From a candidate division FCPU426 bacterium (GTDB lineage: Bacteria > Oederibacteriota > Muellerivitia > Muellerivitales > Muellerivitaceae), in contig CAWHOE010000053.1 of the NCBI GenBank assembly GCA_963830915.1, positions 1 to 64,000 of the forward strand: a DNA stretch of 64,000 nucleotides, in the 5' to 3' direction. The stretch's first letter is position 1. The number at the start of each line of letters is the position of its first letter. The translations under genes were made by a program, and so were the position numbers. Positions 52,180 to 62,200 of the stretch are shown here, piece after piece. The notes under the pieces were generated by a model. It was not told the origin of the DNA. It saw nothing but the letters and a program-made list of their open reading frames with translations, and ran no database searches.

Positions 52180-53370
52180 ATGACGTCCAAGGCCGGACAT
52201 GTAAAATATGCGTGTTTCCTATCAAAACCAACTATGAAGAGGCCGTCCTTGAAGAAACGTAAAATATCCGCCCCTAAGAAAAATAAATCGTTACCAGCCA
52301 AGAAAAACCTGGAAAGACTGATCCTTCGACAAGAGTTGGAAATGTTCCACCGAATCATCGAAGGCATGAGGGCCGAGCTTTCCTATGTGGATTTATTGAA
52401 ACTAACCGTCACCTGCGTCTGTAAAGGGTTGGGTTATGACCGAGCCGGAATCTTCCTGGTCTCACCCGATGGCCGTACAATTGGACGGGCTATCGGCGTG
52501 GATGCCCATGGTCGTTTTGAAGTCGGGCACGATTATGAGGACCCCATTCTGGATAAAAAAGGGTTCAGCATCTTTTCCGACCTGGTCTTCGGTTACCGAA
52601 AGTTCTTCTACACTAGCAATATCCTGGAAAAATTTCCCGATGTGGCTGGCAAAGTGGACCAAGGTGTGACTTGCAACGCCAACGTACCTATTTCGGTGGG
52701 TCCCAAACGCAACATCGGCGTGCTGGCGGTGGATAATCTCTTTTCCCAACGCCGGTTGAAACGCGACGATATCACTTCACTGGCCAACTTCGCCACCCAA
52801 GCCGGTATGGCCATCGAGACCATTCGCCTCCATGAGCAAGTACGCCAACTCTCGATGACCGACGAGCTGACCCGGTTATATAACCGCCGATACTTTGAAA
52901 AATTCATCGAGGATGAGCTGGCACGGTCCCGTCGCTACAAGCATCCCTGCGGTCTTCTTTACCTGGATCTTGATCATTTCAAGGAAGTGAATGACCGTTT
53001 TGGGCATCCGGCTGGGGACGAACTGCTCAAATACATCGCCCAGTTCTTGCGCAACGAATTACGCTCGATCGACGTGGTGGCTCGATTGGGTGGCGACGAA
53101 TTCGGTGTCATTTTGCCTGAAACTCCCGCCTCCGAGGCCCGCGGTGTGGCCCAAAGACTTCAGCAAAAGTTCCTCAAAAAAGAGATCCCGGTCGAGAAAA
53201 TATCCGCGGTCTCCCATCCTGTCACCTTGAGCATCGGGGTCGCCTGTTTTCCCGACAGCGCCGACAAAGCGGAAGATCTGATCAAATTAGCGGACCGGAG
53301 CTTGTACGAGGCCAAGAACGGTGGTCGAAACCAAGTTGGACCTTTTATCAAGACTGGAAAAAGAAAATAA
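52180..53370 (+). CDS. GAF + GGDEF diguanylate cyclase
   Basis: GAF (IGVLAVDN), TDELT.LYNRR, DLDHFK.VND..GH, I-site RSID, GGDEF. The start may be ATG 52234. Confidence 0.93.
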   Translation: MTSKAGHVKYACFLSKPTMKRPSLKKRKISAPKKNKSLPAKKNLERLILRQELEMFHRIIEGMRAELSYVDLLKLTVTCVCKGLGYDRAGIFLVSPDGRTIGRAIGVDAHGRFEVGHDYEDPILDKKGFSIFSDLVFGYRKFFYTSNILEKFPDVAGKVDQGVTCNANVPISVGPKRNIGVLAVDNLFSQRRLKRDDITSLANFATQAGMAIETIRLHEQVRQLSMTDELTRLYNRRYFEKFIEDELARSRRYKHPCGLLYLDLDHFKEVNDRFGHPAGDELLKYIAQFLRNELRSIDVVARLGGDEFGVILPETPASEARGVAQRLQQKFLKKEIPVEKISAVSHPVTLSIGVACFPDSADKAEDLIKLADRSLYEAKNGGRNQVGPFIKTGKRK

Positions 53371-53397
53371 ATCTTTCCAAGTTTTTGGGTTTTTTAT

Positions 53398-53967
53398 TTA
53401 TTTCTTATCCTTCGACATCCTCCACTTATAAGGCCCAAGGATTTCATTTAAAAGTTCAGTCTTAGGTCCATCCAACCATAGGGCCCCGCAGGCCTCGCAA
53501 AGATCCACGCTCACCTTCGCCAACACATTCTCTTTCATGCGTTTTTTGCAAAATGGGCAGATCAAAAAAGGTGGTTTTTGCCGAGGCTCAAAAAACTGCG
53601 GTCTTTTATATCCCCGTTCCTCCAGACCAATCATGATCTCCTTGGGCCCAAAAGCTTGTATCTTCATCATAATTTCCCGTTTGATCCCCATTCCTTTGCA
53701 CTCGGCACAATGCGCCACCGCTAGTCCAGAGATTGCCGCATCATAGATCGGTAATTTGCATATGGGACAAACCGGTTTATCACCTACCGCACTGGCCAAT
53801 TTGGTCCCCCCCAAGACAAACCGACACTGGGGGCAACTAATTTCCGCTCCGGTTAAAGAGATATCACATCGCGGACAAGCCTTATGTGAGTGCACTGGTC
53901 TTTTGACCTTTTTATCGAATTGATGAGGGAGCAAACACAGGGATGAATCTATCTTCCCCCACCCCAA
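53398..53967 (-). CDS. Multi-zinc-ribbon (zf-TFIIB-like) protein
   Basis: Six CxxC pairs; terminal CPFC…D.C..C..LWLD. Start uncertain. Confidence 0.7.
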   Translation of the reverse strand: MGWGKIDSSLCLLPHQFDKKVKRPVHSHKACPRCDISLTGAEISCPQCRFVLGGTKLASAVGDKPVCPICKLPIYDAAISGLAVAHCAECKGMGIKREIMMKIQAFGPKEIMIGLEERGYKRPQFFEPRQKPPFLICPFCKKRMKENVLAKVSVDLCEACGALWLDGPKTELLNEILGPYKWRMSKDKK

Positions 53968-54000
53968 TGGGGAAATAAATGGAATTATTATTCTGAAAAT

Positions 54001-55398
54001 TTATGGAGTGGACTTCGTAGTAGCCGAAGTTTCCACAGGAGGGTCAGCGACCAAATGGGCCAGATAGGCCTGTAAATCCCGGATCTCCTCCGGCGTTCCT
54101 GACAAAGGCGGCATGTATTTACGGTAGGGAGAGGTTTCTTTCGCCTCATGGAGCATTTGAAGGATATTCCCGATTGATTTCTCGTCCCGTCCTCTTAATA
54201 GGCGGGTCATTCCCCGGTAACCGCTCAGGGTATGACAGGGCAAACATTGTCCCAGAAAAAACCTTTGGCCCATCTTCAACGGATCCGCTGGCCCACCGTT
54301 GACTCCAGGCGCCACCCAAAGGCTATTTGTCATGAACCCGTTTTCATTGAAACCTTCCAACTGATATTTTCGGATGCCGTTGGAATACATGAAATTACCG
54401 ATGACATAGGGTTTGCGCAGCATCTCCCTGGCACTTTCGGTGGAACCCATGGCCATGAAACCCAGGAAAAAAATCGCCAAAGCGTAACCCAGATTGAACG
54501 ACTTGGGGCTGAGGAAAGCCAAAAAGTAAACCACCCCGGCAACCGTGGCGGTAGTCAAAAGGGTCACTAAGGCCATTCGGGTCACCTGGGTAAAAGCGCC
54601 CGCCCCGATAGTGGATATCCCAAAACTCAATAATTCCCGTTGGGCCGCAGGCACCATCCAAAGATACCAAGCAAAGAAGAAAGGCATCAGTATATAAGCA
54701 GGGATAACCCATTTGGCCGCCCATCGGATCATGGTGACCTTAGTCTCCCCTTCCCGATGACCATCCAAACGGCTGAAGAAAACCAAAGCGTAAATACCAG
54801 CCAATGACATACAAACCAATGTCCGCAACATCAGACTGGGCCAATAGGTTGGGTTAAAAAACGCATCGAAGAATTTCGACGCTTCGTTGCCGGTTCCGGC
54901 CACCGAAAGCCAGCCCGCGCCCGGGGTTAACATGAATGTCAGGATACCGTTGATGATGACCAATGTGACATAAGAAGTGCCGGCGTAAAGATAAGCGATC
55001 TTCAGATGGAGTTTCTCAGGGATCCGATCCCAGGTGTAGTAATAGGCCGCGGCCAGGGTGAGTTCGACGATGAAAACCACCCATTCCATGGCCCATCCGA
55101 AAACGAAATTATGGATCAATGTGCTGGTTCCCTCGGGACTTGCCAATCCAATGGCGAACCAAATAGCGACACCGGTCATCGCCCCCACTACACCGGTGAG
55201 GATCAAAAAGAACTTTGAATACCCCTTCAGCTTGACGAGCCAATCCTTTCGACCCTCTTTCAAGGCCTTGTGCTCGGTCATGGCCAAAAAAAGCCCTCCA
55301 CCGATGGCGAAATGGGAGATATACACGTGGATGATCGCGATGATGCCAATAACCCAACCCGATCCGATCAGGGGCACGTACCAAACAGGATAATTCAT
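54001..55398 (-). CDS. CydA-like (cytochrome bd superfamily) membrane subunit fused to a C-terminal cytochrome c
   Basis: HVYISHFAIGG, WAMEW..F..E, FFNP, E.ARE.LRKPY.I, heme c motif CLPCH and distal MPP. Confidence 0.8.
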   Translation of the reverse strand: MNYPVWYVPLIGSGWVIGIIAIIHVYISHFAIGGGLFLAMTEHKALKEGRKDWLVKLKGYSKFFLILTGVVGAMTGVAIWFAIGLASPEGTSTLIHNFVFGWAMEWVVFIVELTLAAAYYYTWDRIPEKLHLKIAYLYAGTSYVTLVIINGILTFMLTPGAGWLSVAGTGNEASKFFDAFFNPTYWPSLMLRTLVCMSLAGIYALVFFSRLDGHREGETKVTMIRWAAKWVIPAYILMPFFFAWYLWMVPAAQRELLSFGISTIGAGAFTQVTRMALVTLLTTATVAGVVYFLAFLSPKSFNLGYALAIFFLGFMAMGSTESAREMLRKPYVIGNFMYSNGIRKYQLEGFNENGFMTNSLWVAPGVNGGPADPLKMGQRFFLGQCLPCHTLSGYRGMTRLLRGRDEKSIGNILQMLHEAKETSPYRKYMPPLSGTPEEIRDLQAYLAHLVADPPVETSATTKSTP

Positions 55399-55411
55399 GG
55401 GACTTTCCTCG

Positions 55412-56536
55412 CTATTTGATTAAGCCGGCGTAACCCCACAGTGTGGTCACGACCAGGATCAGTAACGCCAATAAACCGAAGTAAGTAGCTCGACGGGCCT
55501 TAATACCATTTTCCCGGTTGTTGTCATAAAGAGGGACCAATGCCCACATCACCAAGCCTAAGGTAAAGAACGACAAACCCAGGAACTCCCCAAAACCTCC
55601 GGCGAACCATTGGCCAAAAATTTTCAGTACTTGGAATGAGCTCATGAAATACCATTCTGGATGGATGTCCATAGGAGCTGGTTTTAAGGCATCCGCCTGT
55701 TCGCCCAACCCCCAGGGATAAACGGCCGCTAAAAACCCGAGGACATTCAGCGTCACCAGCCACATTCCCAGGTCCCTCAATGCAAAATTAGGAAAAAAAG
55801 GAATGGTTTTCCTTTCAGCCTCCGGCTTGGTCTCCTCCGATTCAGGAAGGGACATCCCATGTTTCTGCACCATCGCCAAATGGAAAAGAAGGGTGGGTAC
55901 GAAGATGGCCGGCAATACGACTACATGCAAGGCAAAGAAACGGGAAACGGTGTAAGAACTGATCTCCACCCCGCCGCGTACCAGGTTAGCGACCCATTGT
56001 CCGACCACGGGAATGAAAGCGGGGATACTCAATCCAACTTTGGTTGCGAAAAAGGACAGTACATCCATGGGTAAAAGATATCCGCTAAAACCAAAGATCA
56101 TCGCCAGCACTAAAAGTCCCAGACCGCTCCACCAAGTGAATTCCCGGGGTTTGCGAAAAGCCTTCATAAAGTAGGCCGAGAACATGTGGACAAACGCAGA
56201 TACGATCATCAAATTAGCCGCCCAAGAATGGGTCGAGCGTATCAACCAGCCGAATTTAATGTCATAGGTGATCTTCCGAACTGAGTCATAGGCTTCATCA
56301 CCCGGCCGATAATAGATAAGCAGCAAAACACCGGAAAAGCACATAACGATAAAGAGGAATAGGGTGATGCCTCCCCAGTAGTACCAAAAGGAAAGACGAT
56401 GGTCCGGAACGGTTTTGGAAGCCGCCAGACTTTTGAGGTCGGTCAAGCCTAACCGCTCATCCAACCACCTATAAAAGGGGCTGTTGACTTGGTTCGAGGC
56501 TGTCTTTTTAGGTGCGGCTGATTGTGATTTTGCCAT
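55412..56536 (-). CDS. Cytochrome b of a Rieske/cytochrome b complex
   Basis: GWLIRS.H.W.A…HM, PRE.TW..G, SGYLLP, RFFALH, PEWY. Confidence 0.93.
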   Translation of the reverse strand: MAKSQSAAPKKTASNQVNSPFYRWLDERLGLTDLKSLAASKTVPDHRLSFWYYWGGITLFLFIVMCFSGVLLLIYYRPGDEAYDSVRKITYDIKFGWLIRSTHSWAANLMIVSAFVHMFSAYFMKAFRKPREFTWWSGLGLLVLAMIFGFSGYLLPMDVLSFFATKVGLSIPAFIPVVGQWVANLVRGGVEISSYTVSRFFALHVVVLPAIFVPTLLFHLAMVQKHGMSLPESEETKPEAERKTIPFFPNFALRDLGMWLVTLNVLGFLAAVYPWGLGEQADALKPAPMDIHPEWYFMSSFQVLKIFGQWFAGGFGEFLGLSFFTLGLVMWALVPLYDNNRENGIKARRATYFGLLALLILVVTTLWGYAGLIK

Positions 56537-57005
56537 TGTCCTTGCTCACTTTGAATTCGGTCAGCGGCTTAGGCGGCGGACCGGAAATATTCGCCCCAGT
56601 ATTGGCGTCATAAACGCCTCCATGGCAGGGACAATAAATGACCTTTCGATCAGGCAGATAGGACGGGGTACAGCCCAAATGGGTGCAAACCGCGCTCAAA
56701 GCGGTCCAACTATCGTCATCATGATGGATCAACATAGCGGGACTTGAACCGAATTTGAACATCAGGGCCGCGTTCTTGGGAAGGTCAAGAGCGTTATCAA
56801 GGGTGACCTTGGTTACCGCGCCGGCCAGGTCCGATTCTTCCACGGGCGAAGCCAAATAACGGTAGATGGGATAACCTACCGCCCCTGCGTAAACAGCCCC
56901 CAAGGTCCCGATAGTGACCTTCAGAAAGGTTCGACGGTCCATGGGTCCCGTCAATCCATCCGGCCCAGTTTCATTCAGGTTATTTTTTTCTTCTGGCTCA
57001 GACAT
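56508..57005 (-). CDS. Rieske 2Fe-2S protein
   Basis: Tat motif RRTFL; CTHLGC; CPCHGG; GPPP.PL. Confidence 0.95.
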   Translation of the reverse strand: MSEPEEKNNLNETGPDGLTGPMDRRTFLKVTIGTLGAVYAGAVGYPIYRYLASPVEESDLAGAVTKVTLDNALDLPKNAALMFKFGSSPAMLIHHDDDSWTALSAVCTHLGCTPSYLPDRKVIYCPCHGGVYDANTGANISGPPPKPLTEFKVSKDNGKITISRT

Positions 57006-58116
57006 ACCGTTCCTCCGAGGGTTTAGCGCGGCGCATTACGAGTAAAACCCAGGTCAAAAAACCAAGACCGACGACAAAAAGGAGAAGGAAGAGGCCGACC
57101 ACCAACCAGTTGGTGTTCACGGGGCTGGCCCAAACATCGAAGCCAGCCCGGACCAGGGCGATGTCCCGAACTAGGTCACGCAATATCTCGAAACTAGCGA
57201 TGGCCAGAAAGGCTGGCAAAAAGATGAGCAGGATCCTAGACCAGGACCAGCTCTTCGGGAATACCATCAAACTCAACGCGGCCACCAGGCTGAGGGAAAC
57301 ACATACGGGCCAGATATAAAGCAACGCGTGTCCAAGGCCCGAGGCTTGGAGACCCTGTTGGACGAATTCCGGCTGGGTTTGGAAAGCCCAACAACCCACA
57401 GCGCCCAATCCCAATAAAGCGAGGGAGCCCATCAAGCCGGCCCAAAATCGGATGAAGGACTTCACTTCCTCGTTCAAGGAGGCTTTGGAAGTATAGAAGG
57501 AAGATCCAAGCGATCCGAAAGCCAGTGCCCCGACGATGACCATGGCGAAACGGGGCCAAAGCGTCGGATCCGCGGGAGGCCAATGGGTGCCCGAAACCGT
57601 GGCGTCGTACATGGCTGGCCAGACTTCCGGACGAAGCATCAAGGTAGAGGCGGTGGAATACACATGGCCAACATGGCCCAAAAGGGCCAAGGCGATGATC
57701 CCCCATCCCCACCAGGCTTTGCTTTTTTCGGACAAGGTGGCCATTCGGTACAGTACAAAGTATGCTGCCATGACCGCGAAGACCACGCTGATCCAATAGG
57801 CGCCGATCAGAATGGTGCTTGTATAGATGGCTCTTCCATAAAGCACTTGAACAAAAAGCAGGGGTGGAATGCCCAGGTTGATCACATAGGTCGTCACGAT
57901 CGGCAAACGGTTCACCACTACGCCCGAGGCGAATATCGCCGTTTTATTATTAAACAGATGCCCGAAGAAATTCCAGATCATCGCCAAGACCAATCCGCCG
58001 ATCAATAAGCTCAGGAAGGAGAAGTGAAGGGCCAAAGTCAGATTGTGGAGGACCTTGAAAAGCCATACTGGTGCTGGAAGCGGGATGGGATCGATAGCTG
58101 GAAAGAGAGTCGACAT
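56998..58116 (-). CDS. Polytopic membrane protein, probable partner subunit of the CydA-like protein
   Basis: About 9-10 TM segments, LH in TM1, NLG.PPLLF.QVLYG; first gene of an overlapping four-gene operon. Confidence 0.65.
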   Translation of the reverse strand: MSTLFPAIDPIPLPAPVWLFKVLHNLTLALHFSFLSLLIGGLVLAMIWNFFGHLFNNKTAIFASGVVVNRLPIVTTYVINLGIPPLLFVQVLYGRAIYTSTILIGAYWISVVFAVMAAYFVLYRMATLSEKSKAWWGWGIIALALLGHVGHVYSTASTLMLRPEVWPAMYDATVSGTHWPPADPTLWPRFAMVIVGALAFGSLGSSFYTSKASLNEEVKSFIRFWAGLMGSLALLGLGAVGCWAFQTQPEFVQQGLQASGLGHALLYIWPVCVSLSLVAALSLMVFPKSWSWSRILLIFLPAFLAIASFEILRDLVRDIALVRAGFDVWASPVNTNWLVVGLFLLLFVVGLGFLTWVLLVMRRAKPSEERYV

Positions 58117-58413
58117 GGAACCTTCCTTCTTAGGAAATCAAAGGATCCTGGATTCGCCATTGAACAGAACGTACACGCGTTTAACCATTCATTCTTGCGC
58201 TCATTATATTAATCCCACCTATAGAACCAATCCGTTTTTTGAAATTTGATCAAAAAATATTTTCTTCCACTAAAATATTCTTAGCAAATTCGTTCTCACA
58301 TCAAATTTTCTTTTTATGCCCTGCGTCATGAAGAGAACAAGCATCTCGGGTTATAGTTTTGCATTATCGGGATTGGGGAGCCCCGGTTCATCATCCAGTT
58401 TCAGGAGGCTCCC

Positions 58414-58953
58414 TTGAACTCCGTCCTAGTCGGTTATTTTCCACAAAAATCCAAAAGCGAACCAACCAGCCCTGCGGCGGGCGTGGATGAGATTTGTTGC
58501 GTTCCCGGCTGTCTGACCAATGAGATCGAGGGTTGGGTCAACCATTGGAAGCATAATGACATGTTCCTGTTCAATGACGAAAGTACCGCTTGGGGTCTGG
58601 TACAAGATTCCGAGAAAAAACATTTCGATTTATACGCCTATAAAATGATCCCTTTAGCCATTCGTCCAGGAGACACCGAACCTGCCGTGATCCCGAACCT
58701 TCCCGTCGCGCCCTTAAACACGGATTTTGAGAACCTGGGTTATGACATACAGAGCCGTTCCGACCGAAGCGAGTACCGTTGTTCCCCTCTCCTTTGCAAC
58801 GTCAAACTGGGACTATGTAAAGCGAATCGTCATTGTTTATTGGACGATCGGGACCAAGCCATCGAACTCGCCCAGAAATTCGAACGACGGGGCTGCGAAC
58901 CCGGCCCTTACTTTGTGATGGAAGTCTGGCGCCGGAAACGTCCGGCCAAATAA
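58414..58953 (+). CDS. Cys-rich hypothetical protein
   Basis: RBS AGGAGG before TTG; CSPL.CN, N.HCLL, CEPGPY. Confidence 0.65.
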   Translation: MNSVLVGYFPQKSKSEPTSPAAGVDEICCVPGCLTNEIEGWVNHWKHNDMFLFNDESTAWGLVQDSEKKHFDLYAYKMIPLAIRPGDTEPAVIPNLPVAPLNTDFENLGYDIQSRSDRSEYRCSPLLCNVKLGLCKANRHCLLDDRDQAIELAQKFERRGCEPGPYFVMEVWRRKRPAK

Positions 58954-59286
58954 TAATCACACAAATAATTCCTCCCCAGTAGGTCATCTGCCCTTTTTTC
59001 CTAAAGAAACGGTATAAAACCTCCGCTCTATTTTTATTGCTTAAGACATGTTCTACCGATCGGTTTAAACCATCGTCTTTTTTTGGTCTTGTTCATCCGT
59101 GAAAGTGGATGCGTTAAACTAAAATTAAACCAAAAATATTTTTTTAATGCCTCAAGTTGTTCGTTAAAGTTTTTTTCACAAATTCATTGAACTCGGCCTG
59201 CTCTTTAAACATCCGCGGTAAAATCTTACTGACTTCTCCAGTATTGAAGTACTGGAGGGAGGGCTCAATACACTGAGGAAAAAAAC

Positions 59287-62200
59287 GTGGGAATTTCCAT
59301 ATCTAAAAACTATCTCGGTTCTGAAAAACGATTCTTTGATCGATTTTTTTATATTCTTTCTACAATTAGAACAATCCTTCTTTGTCTCTCCGTGGCTTGT
59401 TTATTTTTCCTAACCACGCCCTACTTGGCGCTAGCCGACCCTCCCATGCTTAAAATTTCCGGAAACCAGATCGTCAATGCTAGCACCAGCTGTACGGTCC
59501 GTTTAAGAGGCGTTAATGTCTCCGGACTGGAGCATGGAGTCGACAACGCCGCGGTGGGCGGGGTAACGGCCACGGCCGCCTATTGCATCTCCAATTGGAA
59601 ATGCAACTATATCCGTCTGCCTTTGGACCAAGACCGTTGGTTTTTCTTTCCGTATAGTTACCGAACGCTGGTGGATTCGGTCGTCAATCTTTGCTCAGCG
59701 AATAATTGCTATGTCATCTTGGATCTTCATTGGTCTGGCACAGCTTCGGCCGCATCCACTCCTCCTTATGGTACTGGTTGGGGTACGGCCACCGCAGTCA
59801 ACAACAATGGAAATGTGCTCGATATGCCCGATTCGAATTCCACCACTTTTTGGAGCGATGTGGCCAATCGTTATAAGAACAACCCAGCCGTACTTTTCGA
59901 CCTCTATAACGAACCTCACGATGTCTCTGCCGGGGTTTGGAAGACCGGAGGAAGTGGAAATTTCGGATACACACCTGGTTTTCAAAACCTATTAACCTCA
60001 GTCAGGGCAACGGGTGCCAATAACATTTGCATCGTAGGGGGACTCCAGTGGGCTTATGATTTCACAGGTTTATTGCCCGGGAGCGCCCTCACTGATACAG
60101 GGAACGGCGTCTTGTACGATGGACACATTTATGCCAGCAAGGGGGAAAGCACCGCCTCCTGGGACGCTTACATCACGAATTTCGCCAACAATTACGCCTT
60201 CATGATAGGGGAATTCGGACCAGGACCAAGTTCCGGCTCCATGAGCGATGGAGGAACATTCGATAATGTGTTCATTCCTTGGGCCAATGGTTCGAACCAA
60301 CGCAGTTATGTTTACAGCGCTACCGCCTGGTCCATGGATGTCGCTCCTGATGATCCCCCCTTGCTCACCAGCTGGACAGGTTTTGCACCCACCTCTTACC
60401 ACGGCACACAGGTCATGAATTGGCTGGCAACGGCCAATACGAGCTGCGCTCCAGCCTTGGGCGGCCCCACCTATACCCCCACCCCCGTTCCCACTCAAGG
60501 TAACTGCTTCATGCTTTCCGATCTAGAGAATGGTTCCAAGACCACTCCCTACGCGGTCAACGCCCTCAACGGAAAATGGTTCACCTTCCGCTGGACCACC
60601 GATGGTAACGGCAATCCCCTGACCCCGACCCATTCCACCGTCATGTGTCCCGATACTCAGTCCGCTTGCCCGGCTATTTTGGATAACACCACCAGCGTCT
60701 CTCCCGGGTCCTATTCGGCATACGTCTCCGGCAGCTATGACTTGAATGGCACTTCCACGCCGGCCACCTACTCGGGCTTCGGCCTGGCGACGGAGTTCCC
60801 TCCCGGCTACACCGACTTAAGCTGGGTCACGAACGTTTCCTTCTATATCAAGACCACGGTCGCCCCTGTTACCCTTCGGTTGCAAGCTAGCAACCCTCAG
60901 ATCAATCAGCAACCGGTTACCTGGAATGGAACGGTTTATCCCGGTGGCGGGAACGGAAACCAGTATGGGTTCAATTTCGTAGTGACCCAACCTAATGTCT
61001 GGACCTATATCACCCGTCCCCTTTCCGCTTTCGAGTGGCAGGATTGGGGCGAGGGAGGCGGATCCAGTCCCATCAACGGTCCCAAAAACAGCAGCGGAAC
61101 TCTGATCACCCAGCCTACGGCCTTTTCTGATGTGCTTTCGTTCCAATGGGAAACTCAAGACGGCCCCACCACAGTCGCCTGGTGGATCGACAATGTCTGC
61201 TTATCTGGCTCACCCTATCCTATTACACCTACTCCTTCGGCTGTCCCTTCCACCTCCACTTTTACCCCGACCCCCACTCCCACCTTTACATCTACTCGCA
61301 CCAACAGTCCCACCAATACCGCCACGTCAACCTACACAAAAACTGGCACTCCTACCCCGACCCCTACTTTCACTGTTCCTCTCACACCAACTCCCACTAA
61401 TACCGCTACGTCGACTTCATCACCTTCCTCAACCGCCACTTCGACCAACACCATGACGCACACGCCGACTTCCACAAGCACATCCACCTCTACCCTGGGA
61501 AATACCAGCACCTACACAATGACCGTAACACCCACATCCACTTTGCAATTCACATCGACCAATAGCTTCACCTCCACTCCGACATCCTCGCCTACCCAAA
61601 CCTCTACGAACAGCCGGACCAACACCACCACCCCCACTTCGACCCCCACTTCGACTAGAACCTCGACATTGACACCGACCCCGTCTAACACTTCCACACC
61701 AACCCCAGCCAATACCAATACATTCACCTCGACCGGAACATCCACCCCTACGTTCCAGTTCTCACCGACCAGCTCTGACACTCCAACCATCACCTTTAGC
61801 CCCACCCTGACCCTCACCCCGACGAATAGTCGGACGTCGACCTCCACCCCGACCTTCTCACCGTCCTCCACGTCCACCTCTACCGCGACTTACACATCTA
61901 CCCCGGTTGATACTTCCACTCCCACTTCCACGTCTACATTCACGCGGACAGGGACACCGACCTCTACATCTTCCCTCACTCCGACCCGGTCCTCCACAAT
62001 GACAGCCACCTGGACCCTTTCCGCCACATCGACCGGCACGGCCACCCCTACCCTTAGCCCTACCTTGACCCTTTCCCCCACTTCGACCTATTCCCCTACC
62101 AACACTTTCACCCTGACATTCACATCGACCTCAACCCTCAGCCCCACCTATACTTCAACTCCGACCCATACCTTCACCTACACGCCGACTTTGTCTCCTA

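Noticed and set aside
58236..58256. FNR/CRP box upstream of the respiratory operon
   Set aside because: Only a half-site or wrongly spaced match (TTGAAATTTGATCAA) in AT-rich DNA.
59085..59120. c-di-GMP-I riboswitch
   Set aside because: Only a GAAA-loop hairpin is present; the flanking GGCAAAC and GCAAAG elements and the second stem are absent.
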